A stretch of 64,000 nucleotides of DNA from an uncultured bacterium (GCA_947063875.1 CAMSTY010000010.1:11069-75068), one strand, 5' to 3'. Numbered from the stretch's first letter, positions 8,432 through 17,585 are shown. Numbers and translations are program-made. Notes: generated by a model not told the origin, from the sequence alone.

Positions 8432-9799
8432 ATGTCGATTCGATTGGAGCAGACCCAGAAACAGACAGTATCACAGAAAATGATCCAGTCTGTCAGTGTT
8501 TTGCAGATGAGTACCCAGGAACTGGCAGATTATATCAAAGAGGTTACATTGGAGAATCCAGTGCTTGATTTTGACGAGAGGATACCTGAGGACAAGGAGC
8601 AGGAACGCCTGAAAAAGCTGGAATGGCTGGCGAGCCTGGATGAGCAGAACCGGTCTTATTATCAGTACGATCAGGATGACGCAGAGAATGATAAGGGAAT
8701 GAACAATGTGGCCGGCCGTACGGATGAACGTCTGGAAGACGTTTTGCGGCTGCAGCTTCTGGGCAAGGCATATTCGGAGAAAGAAAGGGAGGTTTTTGAG
8801 TATATTATCCAGTGTCTGGATTCCAAGGGATATTTTACGGTTCCTGCCGCAGAGGTCGCTATGGTCAGCGGGGTTTCCGTGGAAGAGGCAGAAGCATGTA
8901 TTGCAATAATGCGTGACCTGGAACCGGCCGGCGTATGTGCCGCCAGCATGCAGGATTGCCTGTTAAAGCAGATGGAAAAGCGGAAGGACTGCGGGAACCT
9001 GGAACGGGAGATTGTGGCCAATTACATGGAACTGCTGGGGAAAAATCAGCTTCAGGCGATTGCCAGGATACTGAAGGTCCCGCTTGCAGAGGCGGTTCAG
9101 GCGGCCGGACGGATTCGGGAACTGAATCCCAGGCCGGCGCAAGGGTTCGACAATGGAGACCTGATGCGTTATGTGATGCCGGATATTACCGTGGTGAAGT
9201 TCAGAGACGGATTTGAGATCCTGTTAAATGACTATACCTGCCCGACGCTTCATATTAATAAAGAATATATGGGAATGCTGAAGTCGGAATGTGACCAGGA
9301 AGTGAGGGAGTATCTGTCTGCCAAAATCCGTCAGGCGGAGGAACTTCAGGCGTGTATTTCCCGCAGGAGTTCGACGCTGCTGGCCCTGGCCAAATGTATT
9401 GTGGACGTTCAGAAAGATTTCTTTATTTATGGGGAAAAATCGGTAAAACCATTTCGCATGACCGACGCGGCAGAACGGATTGGATGCCATGAATCTACGG
9501 TCAGCCGGGCGTTGAAAGATAAATATCTTCAGTGCTGCTGGGGAGTGTACCCGCTGCATTATTTTTTCCAGAAAGGCCTTGGGCAGCAGGGACAGGGTGC
9601 GGAAGGGATCGCCTCCCTGCAGATCAAACAGGCGATGGCGGAGATTATTGAGGGGGAAAATAAGCAGGAGCCGTATAGCGACAGCAGCATCTGTGAATTG
9701 CTGAAGGAGCAGGGGGTGGATATTTCCCGAAGGACCGTGGCAAAATACCGGGAAGAGATGAATATCGCAAATTGCCGCGGCAGAAAGGCATATGTGTGA
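8432..9799 (+). CDS. rpoN: RNA polymerase sigma-54 factor
   Basis: N-terminal Gln-rich region I (MSIRLEQTQKQTVSQKMIQSVSVLQMSTQEL). C-terminal HTH and RpoN box (ISRRTVAKYREEM). RBS GGAGGGG. Confidence 0.9.
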   Translation: MSIRLEQTQKQTVSQKMIQSVSVLQMSTQELADYIKEVTLENPVLDFDERIPEDKEQERLKKLEWLASLDEQNRSYYQYDQDDAENDKGMNNVAGRTDERLEDVLRLQLLGKAYSEKEREVFEYIIQCLDSKGYFTVPAAEVAMVSGVSVEEAEACIAIMRDLEPAGVCAASMQDCLLKQMEKRKDCGNLEREIVANYMELLGKNQLQAIARILKVPLAEAVQAAGRIRELNPRPAQGFDNGDLMRYVMPDITVVKFRDGFEILLNDYTCPTLHINKEYMGMLKSECDQEVREYLSAKIRQAEELQACISRRSSTLLALAKCIVDVQKDFFIYGEKSVKPFRMTDAAERIGCHESTVSRALKDKYLQCCWGVYPLHYFFQKGLGQQGQGAEGIASLQIKQAMAEIIEGENKQEPYSDSSICELLKEQGVDISRRTVAKYREEMNIANCRGRKAYV

Positions 9800-9826
9800 A
9801 GGGCTGTGACGGCCCTTCTTTTGCTT
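9798..9826 (+). terminator. Rho-independent terminator after rpoN
   Basis: GAAGGGC-tgtgacg-GCCCTTC followed by TTTTGCTTT. Confidence 0.5.
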
Positions 9827-9987
9827 TGGGAAGTGCACGGAGAAATTTGCGGACACTAATTGAATAATCTTTAGTTTTATGATATTCTGGATCATAGATG
9901 AAACAGAAAGCAAAGGAAAAAACACCTTTTTGATTTTTTTGTAACCATGCCGTATTTTTGTCTGCGAATGACATTGAGGAGGGTGAC

Positions 9988-10521
9988 ATGAAACGGGAGT
10001 ATTTTAGGAAATTATATAATCGGGCTGTTTCTCTGACAGTGGCTTTTTCCCTGGTGGCATCTCTCTGCCTGGCATCTTCGGCGATACCGACGGCAGGAGC
10101 GGAGGAGGCAGAAGGAACAGAGAATGTGGGGGAGCCTCATGTTCATACTTTTGCCTGCTATGAGAATTATGAGCTGGACTGTAAAGAGAATCATTCTAAA
10201 GAGGAGCACAGAGAGCGTTGCTATACTTATTCCGGAGAACCGGTTTGCGGCTTGGAGGAAGGCGAACTGCATGATCATAAGGTGTTTGGATGTGAAGCGG
10301 CGGCAAGAATTCTTGTCTGCAAAGAGGATGAGATTTTAGAAGATGAGGCGGATCTGATTCTGGGGGAAGGCGAGGAAGAAGAGGGCGAGGAAGATGAGCC
10401 TGACGACGCAGAGGAGGAAAACACGGTAAATTCTGATGGAAGTACGTCTGCAAATGGAAATGCGTCTGCGAGCGGAATACATCTGCGGGCGGATCAGGAA
10501 TGCAAAGGATTCCGGCGATGA
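9988..10521 (+). CDS. Secreted Cys/His-rich, acidic protein; probably the N-terminal remnant of a larger surface protein
   Basis: Signal-like N-terminus (MKREYFRKLYNRAVSLTVAFSLVASLCLASSAIPTAGA) with RBS GAGGAGGG. HxH..C..C motifs and an EEEEGEEDE tract. The coding signal continues in the +1 frame to 10672 (see findings). Confidence 0.5.
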   Translation: MKREYFRKLYNRAVSLTVAFSLVASLCLASSAIPTAGAEEAEGTENVGEPHVHTFACYENYELDCKENHSKEEHRERCYTYSGEPVCGLEEGELHDHKVFGCEAAARILVCKEDEILEDEADLILGEGEEEEGEEDEPDDAEEENTVNSDGSTSANGNASASGIHLRADQECKGFRR

Positions 10522-10685
10522 CGGATGTCATGGCATTTTTATGAGCGGAGGCACCACCAATGTGGAGGGCGGTTATATTGTTGATTGCGGCGCAAACAAG
10601 GAAAATGGAGGCGGCATTTCTTTGTCCGGCGTAGTGTTTCTGGCATGGGAGAGAAGAAAAAAGAGGCAATAGAAAGCTGCAGAAC

Positions 10686-10722
10686 CGAAAAGAGGTATGG
10701 AAAACGACTCCCTGCCTCTTTA
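10686..10722 (-). terminator. Terminator of the DUF4364-like gene
   Basis: On the minus strand, AAGAGGCAGGGAGTCGTTTTCCATACCTCTT is followed by TTTTC. The stem is AAGAGG/CCTCTT. Confidence 0.45.
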
Positions 10723-10734
10723 AAAATATAATAT

Positions 10735-11265
10735 TTATTCGCTTTGATCCCGCATCAGGGTCCGCATGACAAAGGCATAGATCTCCTGGCTGCGCGCCTC
10801 CCAATGGGAACACATCAATTCTGCCTGATCTTTGTCAGGGACCGATAATTCCAGGCTGATCAGAGAACTTTTGCCCTCCCGGACCTCGCAGTGGACCGTG
10901 TAGTCCTGGTTGGTGGATTTGTAATAATCGGAAATCGTGCTGACCTCATTACGCATGCGGAACCGGTTCTCTTTGAGATAACTGTCCATGTCTTCCACAA
11001 TGGCGGGAGAAATGTTGTTTCCAAAAAAACTCAGTGTGTCCTCCCCTTCCTTGGTGATCTCATAGCGGGTGCTGTTATGGGAGGATTCGGCATGAACCAG
11101 GCCGGATTCCTGAAGTTCATTCAGCGCCTGCTGCAGGGTGAAGTAGCTGGTGTACTCATGCTGAAGGAAAAATTCGGTCAGCTGGGCGTTGGTCAGTGGG
11201 AAATTCACCTGCTTGAGCATATAGAGATTCATCAGTTTATATAAGGTCATGGGGTCTGATAACAT
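10735..11265 (-). CDS. DUF4364-like putative winged-helix (PadR-like) protein
   Basis: 176-aa ORF. The N-terminus LYKLMNLYMLKQVNFPLTNAQLTEFFLQHEYTSYFTLQQALNELQESGLV resembles the PadR/DUF4364 wHTH architecture. RBS GAGAGAGG. Confidence 0.7.
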   Translation of the reverse strand: MLSDPMTLYKLMNLYMLKQVNFPLTNAQLTEFFLQHEYTSYFTLQQALNELQESGLVHAESSHNSTRYEITKEGEDTLSFFGNNISPAIVEDMDSYLKENRFRMRNEVSTISDYYKSTNQDYTVHCEVREGKSSLISLELSVPDKDQAELMCSHWEARSQEIYAFVMRTLMRDQSE

Positions 11266-11402
11266 AGCGCGGCCTCTCTCTGTTTCATAAAAGTCTAAAC
11301 TTTTTCTTTATCATACCAATTTAAACCTTTTAAATCAAGTGAAAATATGCTAAGATAAAATGAAATAGCGAAAAATCGTTACGGTTTGGAACGGGTGATA
11401 CT

Positions 11403-14400
11403 ATGAGAGAAAGAATAAACCGGCTGGCGAAGGGGATTGTTGAACCGGAGACTCTGAGGCTGACAGTCAGTCCGGCAGAGTTGACAGACACAGTTCATGC
11501 CGGGGAAGTAACCAGAAAGACAATAACAGTGGCAGATGAGGAAGGCCGTTATGTGAAAGGCCTTGTTTACTCTTCTAATATTCGTGTCCGCGTTGCCAAT
11601 AACGCATTCGGCGGCGTCCGTAATCGCATTACATTTGAGATCGACAGCATGTACCTGACCCAGAAAGACGCGATTACGGGGGCCCTTTATCTTGTGACCA
11701 ATGCCGGGGAGCAGAAGGTGCCCTATTCTTTTTCCATAGAGATGGAAGCTTCCGGGAGGACATTGGAAAAACTAAATACCGCGGCAGATTTCGCAGAACT
11801 GGCAGGAAAGGATCAGGAGACGGCTTTGCGTCTGTTTGAATATCAGGATTTTACCGAAGCGCCCTTTATGCAGGATATCCATGTCCGTGCGCTTTACGAC
11901 GGATTGAAGGGGCGGGGGAACCGTCAGAATCTTCTGGAGGAGTTTCTGGTGGCCCTGAAGGCGAAAAAAGCCGTAAGCCTGGAGGTGGAAAGGCATCGTT
12001 ATTCCTATGAAAAGCTGGAGAAGCCGGCGAAAGAGTTTCTGGAGGTGCATGCCAGTACCTGGGGGTACATACAGTTTCAGGTGACGGCAGATGGAGATTT
12101 CCTGGAACTCCCGAAGCGATCGTTCGGGCCGTTGGATTTTAAAGAAGGAGTCTGCAAGGTCTGTTATGTGGTGAATCCGGCAAAACTCCATGGAGGAAGA
12201 AATTTAGGCGCGTTGATGATCTCCACAATCCGGGAGACCGTTCAGGTACAAATAGAGGCGCAAGGAGGGGATGAAGAATTTCGGACATCCGGAGACAGGG
12301 AGAGGGAGAATCTGGGGCATTACCTGCAGCTGCGCCTTCAATACGAGCTGGGGCAGCAGGAGAAGGAGGCCTTGATCGGCCGGATGAGGCAGGAGATTGA
12401 GAATCTGCGCAGGAAGAGCGGGGAGACTCCTCTGAATGTGCTTTTGCAGGCGGAACAGTCGGTCCTGGAGGGACAAACCGAACGGGCGGGGGAGCTTTTG
12501 GAAGGCCGTCGGGGAGAGCTGATGGATCTTCGGCGGGATATGCCGGAATTGTACTGTTTTTACCAGTACCTGCTGCTTCTTTTGAAGAAGAAGGAGGGGC
12601 AGAGGGATACCCTGATTCGCCTGGTAAGAAAATGCCTGCTGGAGGATCAGCGCCATCCCTACCTGTTTTTACTGTGGCTGAAGATGGAACCGGAATTGAA
12701 GGAGAACCCGGCAGAACTTTTGGAGCGAATGCGCAGGCTATGCGAACGAGGCTGCTGCAGCCCTTTTGTCTATGCTCAGGCCTTTTTCCTTTTTCAGAAG
12801 GAACCGATGCTGATGCATCGGCTGGGGAAATTTGAGGTACAGGTGCTTTATTTTGCTGTCCGGCGTGAAATGCTGGGGCAGGAACTGGCCGCAAGGGCGG
12901 TGCAGCTGGCAGGATCCGTCAAGCATTACACAAGATCGTGCAGCAGGCTTTTGCTGTCCTTGTATGAAAAATATCCGCAAGCAGAATTTTTGAGCGCCGC
13001 CTGCGGGATGCTGATTAAGGGGGACTGCCGGGATGAAAAATATTTCCCCTGGTACCAGAAGGCGCTGGAGGCGGGGGTGGGCCTGACCCGGCTGTATGAG
13101 TATTATCTGTATTCCCTGCCCAAGGACTATCCTTATCTGCTTCCCAGGGAGGTATTGCTGTATTTCTCTTATGAGAAATCCATGGATGAGTACAGCCGTT
13201 CCCTGCTGTACATGAATATTTTGAAATATATGAAGCCGGATGCGGAATTGTATAAGCAGTATGAGCGGGAGATCGAGAAGTTTACGATGGAACAGCTTCT
13301 GGCTGCGCGGGTCAACCAGCGTCTGGTAGTGCTTTACCAGCATATGATATATAAGGAGATGATTGACCAGCGGGTGGCGAGGGTACTGCCCGCGGTGCTG
13401 CGTTCCTGCCGGATCGAACTGGACAATCCCAACATTAAGTATGTGGTGGTCTGCTATGAGGAACTGGAAGAGGAGGATGCTTTTCTGGTCCGGGACGGGA
13501 TGACATATGTGCCTTTGTTCCGGGAGCATTCCGTGATTTTGTTCCAGGATGGATACGGCAACCGCTATACGAATATTCCCTACAAAAAATTGCCGGCCAT
13601 GGAAAAGGCGGATATCCGGGAACTGGAAGAACGATGCTATGAGGTATATCCTTCCCATGAGATGCTGCGGCTTCAGAAGTGCGGGGAGATCGTGGACGGA
13701 GGAATCTCCGGCGAATCGGATGTGATGGCGCTGCGGCGGATCGCGGCGGATCTTCGTTTCAAGCCGATGTACCGCAAGAAGATATTGATCCGGATGGTCC
13801 AGTACTATCAGGGACTGGCAGAGACGGAGGGTACGGATGCGGCGGGCGGTGCGGAATATCTGCTGGGTCTCAATATGGACCGGCTTACCAGGCAGGAGCG
13901 GGCGGGGATCTGCGAGACATTGATTCAGCAGGACTACATCCGGGAAGCATGGGCCAGGATTCGCAGATATGGGGTGGAAGATATCCGGCGCACGCGTCTG
14001 TTAAAGCTGTGCAGCCGTCTGATTCTGAACCGGGTATCCGACGAAGACGAGACATTGCTGCTTCTTTCCTGCGATTTGTTTTCAGAAGGAAAGCATGACA
14101 GTGTGGTGCTGGATTACCTTTGCGAACATTTTAACGGTTCCGGAAAACAGATGTTTCGGATTTTGAACCAGGCGGTGCGGGAAAGGATTGTGCTGTACGA
14201 TATGCCGGAACGCCTGCTGGCGCAGATGCTGTTTACCGGTGAAACCGAGCGTATGGATCAGGTATTTGACTGGTATGCGGCAGGAAAGAAGACGGAAGAT
14301 AACCTGGTAAAAGCATATTTTACCATGAAATCGTCAGAGTACTTCCTCAAAGGAGAGGCGACCGGCGACCGGGTATTTGCCTATCTGGAGGGGGCGCTTC

Positions 14401-14978
14401 GGGGGATTACGGATTTTGATAAGATCCCCATCGTCTATCTGCTGGCGTTGAGCCGTCATTATTCCACTTTGCCGGTATTAGAGGAGGAACAGCAGAAACT
14501 TTGCCAGGCGATGACCAGCCATCTGCTGGCCGAGGGCAGCATGTTCTCCTGGTTTAAGGCGCTTGGGAAATGGGTGCCGATGCCGGATTCGGTGATGGAA
14601 CAGGTGACTGTGGAATACCAGGGGAGCAGGGATGCAAAACCGGCTCTTCAGCTGAGGATTTTGCCGGAGGAAGAGGAGTATCACTGGGAGGAGATGCGCA
14701 GGGTATATCCGGGGATTTTTATCCGGCAGAAGGTGCTGTTTGAAGGAGAGATTTTAGAGTATCGGATTTACGAAAAGAGAGAGGAAAAGCTGACATTGGC
14801 AAAAGAGGGAAGCCTCTCGTGGGAACCGGAGCGGGAGAAGATAAAAGGCAGCCGGTTTGCGGCGCTCAATGAAATGGGGCTTTGCCTGGCACTAAAGGAA
14901 GAAAATACATTGAAAGAAAAAATGAAGAAATATGCTGAAGACAGCGCGGCCATGGAGGAAGTATTCCGGCTGATATAG
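11403..14978 (+). CDS. Large (1191 aa) cytoplasmic protein of unknown function (recalled as DUF5717-like): two N-terminal beta-sandwich-like domains, a long alpha-helical repeat core and a C-terminal beta domain
   Basis: Uninterrupted 3.6-kb ORF with no signal peptide or TM segment. Beta-rich segments lie at roughly aa 15-115 and 190-290. A Leu/Tyr/Glu-rich helical region spans roughly aa 300-1050. A beta-rich tail follows (VTVEYQGSRDAKPALQLRILPEEEEYHWEEM...). Confidence 0.8.
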   Translation: MRERINRLAKGIVEPETLRLTVSPAELTDTVHAGEVTRKTITVADEEGRYVKGLVYSSNIRVRVANNAFGGVRNRITFEIDSMYLTQKDAITGALYLVTNAGEQKVPYSFSIEMEASGRTLEKLNTAADFAELAGKDQETALRLFEYQDFTEAPFMQDIHVRALYDGLKGRGNRQNLLEEFLVALKAKKAVSLEVERHRYSYEKLEKPAKEFLEVHASTWGYIQFQVTADGDFLELPKRSFGPLDFKEGVCKVCYVVNPAKLHGGRNLGALMISTIRETVQVQIEAQGGDEEFRTSGDRERENLGHYLQLRLQYELGQQEKEALIGRMRQEIENLRRKSGETPLNVLLQAEQSVLEGQTERAGELLEGRRGELMDLRRDMPELYCFYQYLLLLLKKKEGQRDTLIRLVRKCLLEDQRHPYLFLLWLKMEPELKENPAELLERMRRLCERGCCSPFVYAQAFFLFQKEPMLMHRLGKFEVQVLYFAVRREMLGQELAARAVQLAGSVKHYTRSCSRLLLSLYEKYPQAEFLSAACGMLIKGDCRDEKYFPWYQKALEAGVGLTRLYEYYLYSLPKDYPYLLPREVLLYFSYEKSMDEYSRSLLYMNILKYMKPDAELYKQYEREIEKFTMEQLLAARVNQRLVVLYQHMIYKEMIDQRVARVLPAVLRSCRIELDNPNIKYVVVCYEELEEEDAFLVRDGMTYVPLFREHSVILFQDGYGNRYTNIPYKKLPAMEKADIRELEERCYEVYPSHEMLRLQKCGEIVDGGISGESDVMALRRIAADLRFKPMYRKKILIRMVQYYQGLAETEGTDAAGGAEYLLGLNMDRLTRQERAGICETLIQQDYIREAWARIRRYGVEDIRRTRLLKLCSRLILNRVSDEDETLLLLSCDLFSEGKHDSVVLDYLCEHFNGSGKQMFRILNQAVRERIVLYDMPERLLAQMLFTGETERMDQVFDWYAAGKKTEDNLVKAYFTMKSSEYFLKGEATGDRVFAYLEGALRGITDFDKIPIVYLLALSRHYSTLPVLEEEQQKLCQAMTSHLLAEGSMFSWFKALGKWVPMPDSVMEQVTVEYQGSRDAKPALQLRILPEEEEYHWEEMRRVYPGIFIRQKVLFEGEILEYRIYEKREEKLTLAKEGSLSWEPEREKIKGSRFAALNEMGLCLALKEENTLKEKMKKYAEDSAAMEEVFRLI

Positions 14979-15050
14979 GCGGCAGGCCGTGCTGTAGAAA
15001 ATATCGCAGACGCAGCCGGAAGGGGATAAACGGCTGTATGTACGCACGGA

Positions 15051-16280
15051 ATGGAGGAAATGATGGACGGACTTTTGGTGGGGGTTGATTTGTGTGACGA
15101 ATATACGCATATCAATTGCCCGGAGGAAGAAAAGCTGTGGACGATTCCTACCGTGATCTGTCGGAATAAGAATGCGGATGAGTGGTATGTGGGAGAGGAG
15201 GCATACGCTCATACGCTTATGGGCGACGGCATCATCGTGGACAAGCTGCTGAATCTTGCCTTGCGGGATGGAACGGCAACTCTGGGAGGGGTGCGTTATG
15301 GAGGTAAGGAACTTCTGCTTTTGTTTCTGGAAAGGATTCTGAAGCTTCCGGCGCGGGAGTATCAGAAGGAGGAACTTGGCCAGCTGGTAATCGCTGTGAA
15401 GAGGCTGGACCCCAAGCTGAGCCGGATGCTTCGGGAATTGGTCATGCGTCTGGGGATTGCGAAGGAGCAGGTGCAGATTATCAGCCATTCGGAAGGGTTC
15501 ATTTACTACACCTTGAGCCAGAAAAAAGAGATCTGGAACAATACGGTGGGGATGTTTGATTTGTCAGAGGTCGGATTGCGCTATTATGAGATGAAAGTAC
15601 AGCGCGGAATGAAAAAGGTCACGGTGGTGGCGGAGTATGAAGACCTGGAAGAAGGGATTGACCTGAATGTCTTAAAAAAACCTTCCGGAGGCCATCTGGC
15701 AGACCGGATTCTGACCTCCTGCGCGGAGCGGATGATGGCGCACAAAGCATATTCGGCGGTTTTTCTGACTGGCAAAGGGTTTCTCAATCAGGACTGGGCG
15801 GCGGGATTGATGAAATACTTGTGTTCCCGGCGCAAGGTGTACATAGAACAGGGAGTGTTTGCCAGAGGGGCGGCATGCCGGGCGCAGGAAGGGGCAAAAG
15901 ACAATGCCTCTTTTACCTGTATCTGTGACGGCCGTCTGAAGACTACTGTGTCTATGAACGTGCTGCACCGCGGCCAGGAGACGAATGTGACCGTGGCGGC
16001 GGCAGGGGACTGCTGGTATGACCGGGTTTCGGTGATTGATGTGATTCCGGATCATCAGAATAGCGTGGATTTTATTGTGACTTCTCTGGACTCCCGGAAG
16101 AAAAAACTGATTTCCATCCCCTTGGAGGGTTTTCCCAAACGGCCGGACCGAACGACGCGGGTGCAGATTCAGGTAGTGTTTTTGGATGAAAGGACGATGG
16201 AAGTGACGCTAAGGGATCGTGGCTTTGGAGAATTATTTCCGGCGAGCAATGTTCAGATCAGGCAAGAGGTAATGCTATGA
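15051..16280 (+). CDS. Hsp70/actin-fold (ASKHA) protein with degenerate nucleotide-binding motifs (recalled as DUF5716-like)
   Basis: VGVDLCDEYTH compares with the Hsp70 phosphate-1 motif GIDLGTTNS, MFDLSEVGLRYYEM with DLGGGTFDVS, and AVFLTGKGF with LVGGSTR. The start is ambiguous between ATGs at 15051, 15060 and 15063. Confidence 0.75.
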   Translation: MEEMMDGLLVGVDLCDEYTHINCPEEEKLWTIPTVICRNKNADEWYVGEEAYAHTLMGDGIIVDKLLNLALRDGTATLGGVRYGGKELLLLFLERILKLPAREYQKEELGQLVIAVKRLDPKLSRMLRELVMRLGIAKEQVQIISHSEGFIYYTLSQKKEIWNNTVGMFDLSEVGLRYYEMKVQRGMKKVTVVAEYEDLEEGIDLNVLKKPSGGHLADRILTSCAERMMAHKAYSAVFLTGKGFLNQDWAAGLMKYLCSRRKVYIEQGVFARGAACRAQEGAKDNASFTCICDGRLKTTVSMNVLHRGQETNVTVAAAGDCWYDRVSVIDVIPDHQNSVDFIVTSLDSRKKKLISIPLEGFPKRPDRTTRVQIQVVFLDERTMEVTLRDRGFGELFPASNVQIRQEVML

Positions 16281-17089
16281 GTTTATTATTGTGCAGGCAG
16301 GAGCATGTAAAACGGCCTTATTTTATGGAACTGATGGGGGTGCATCTGTACTCCTCCCAGGAACTTTCCTATGTGATTTTCAATCATCCGGCGCTGGTGT
16401 TGGACGACTTCGTGGACGAGCGGCTGCTGACATTTCTGCGCGAAGAACTGGATAAGGGTTTTCTGGCTCTCAAACTGGAAAGATGGTTAAAAAGCGGAGA
16501 GAATCCGGACGAAGCGCTGATGATTATTCTTCAGGAATGCGACTATTACAGTATGGCGGAAGTGGGCCGTTTCCGGCAGATGGCCGCCGCTCTCAGAAAA
16601 AAACATCCGGCGGATTTTATGCGGACAAAGGCGGATGAACTGTTTTCCCTGCGCCAGTACGGACGCGCGGTGGAGATTTACCGGAAGCTGTTGGAATATC
16701 CGGAAAGCGAGCAGGTGGACGCCCAATTTATGGGAAGGGTACTGCATAATCTGGGTTCCTGCTATGCCCGGATGTTTCAGCTGGACAAAGCTTTTGAGGC
16801 GTATGAGAATTCCTACCGGAAAAATCAGCAGGATGTAGTCCTGGAGAAATTATATGATTTGAGCCAGATTGATGAGAGGCTGGTTCTTGGCGAGGAACTG
16901 CAGGACGAAATCACGGAAAAAAAACAGGAAATCTGGAAGCAGAGGCTAAAAAAGGCCAGAGAAAAAGCAAAGGAATCCAGACAGGTGAAAGAGTTAGAAG
17001 GACTATTCCGCCAGGACACCGTGAAGCGGCAGGCAGGAGAAGCAGAACAAATCTACAAATGGAAAACGGAGTACCGAAACATGGCGTAG
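16277..17089 (+). CDS. TPR-containing protein, translationally coupled to the Hsp70-like gene
   Basis: The ATG overlaps the upstream stop (ATGA at 16277-16280). TPR-like helices (FSLRQYGRAVEIYRKLLEY, GRVLHNLGSCYARMFQLDKAFEAYENSY) are followed by a charged coiled-coil tail. Confidence 0.75.
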   Translation: MSLLLCRQEHVKRPYFMELMGVHLYSSQELSYVIFNHPALVLDDFVDERLLTFLREELDKGFLALKLERWLKSGENPDEALMIILQECDYYSMAEVGRFRQMAAALRKKHPADFMRTKADELFSLRQYGRAVEIYRKLLEYPESEQVDAQFMGRVLHNLGSCYARMFQLDKAFEAYENSYRKNQQDVVLEKLYDLSQIDERLVLGEELQDEITEKKQEIWKQRLKKAREKAKESRQVKELEGLFRQDTVKRQAGEAEQIYKWKTEYRNMA

Positions 17090-17157
17090 GCATGAGCAGT
17101 GCGGAAAAAGAGGGAAGTGGGGAGATTGAAAAGGCAGAAAGTTTTATTCCATTCCAC

Positions 17158-17186
17158 TTGACAATCTCCTTCAAATCCCCTATGAT
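17158..17186 (+). promoter_or_regulatory. Sigma-A-type promoter for the valS leader
   Basis: TTGACA, 17-nt spacer, TATGAT. Confidence 0.5.
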
Positions 17187-17199
17187 AAAGACTATAAAA

Positions 17200-17528
17200 A
17201 GGCAATGAAAAAGAGGAGTACAATGAGATACCCACCAGAGAGGACCGTTCGCCGGCTGAAAGGCGGTCTGGGGGAAGGCGTTGGAAGGTAGCTTTGGAGC
17301 CGGGAGTCCGAACCGGTCCGGATGGAAGAGGAGGCAGAGTCCGGCCCTGATAAGACTTCACGTATCATCCGCGTTAAGGATTCAGAGAGATGTCGTTTTT
17401 GAGAATGTTTTTTGTTTTCTGTCAGAAAGAGGGCATTGGCAACGTTCTCATGCGGCATAAAAAAGGTGGTACCGCGGAATATTATTTCGTCCTTTATCTG
17501 GCGCTGGCTGGATGAAGGACGTTTTTTT
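17200..17528 (+). promoter_or_regulatory. T-box leader (tRNA-sensing riboswitch) of valS with terminator/antiterminator
   Basis: The stem-I base reads GAAAAAGAGGAGUA. An AGAGAGG bulge plus GCUGAAAGG distal loop is present. The conserved T-box AAAAAGGUGGUACCGCGG lies at ~17459-17477. The terminator CGTCCTT...AAGGACG plus T7 lies at 17488-17528. Confidence 0.8.
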
Positions 17529-17585
17529 GTTCCGGAAATAAAGCCGGCAGCCAATGAAAACTGAAAACACTGGAGGTCAATCATT

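Noticed and set aside
12139-12894. Long antisense ORFs inside well-supported genes. Examples: 12139-12894(-), 12738-13658(-), 18576-19673(-), 43338-44306(-), 39802-40827(-), 53459-54550(-), 36134-36790(+).
   Set aside because: Their translations are Pro/Arg/Gly/His-rich low-complexity strings with no RBS. They lie opposite genes with unmistakable family motifs (valS, dapA, typA, fliG, PBP1A). This is typical shadow-ORF noise in mid/high-GC coding DNA.
17223-17291. 22-codon leader-peptide-like ORF (MRYPPERTVRRLKGGLGEGVGR) in the valS leader.
   Set aside because: It overlaps the T-box stem I, which already explains the sequence conservation. SD-ATG spacing is only about 4 nt. T-box leaders do not use leader peptides.
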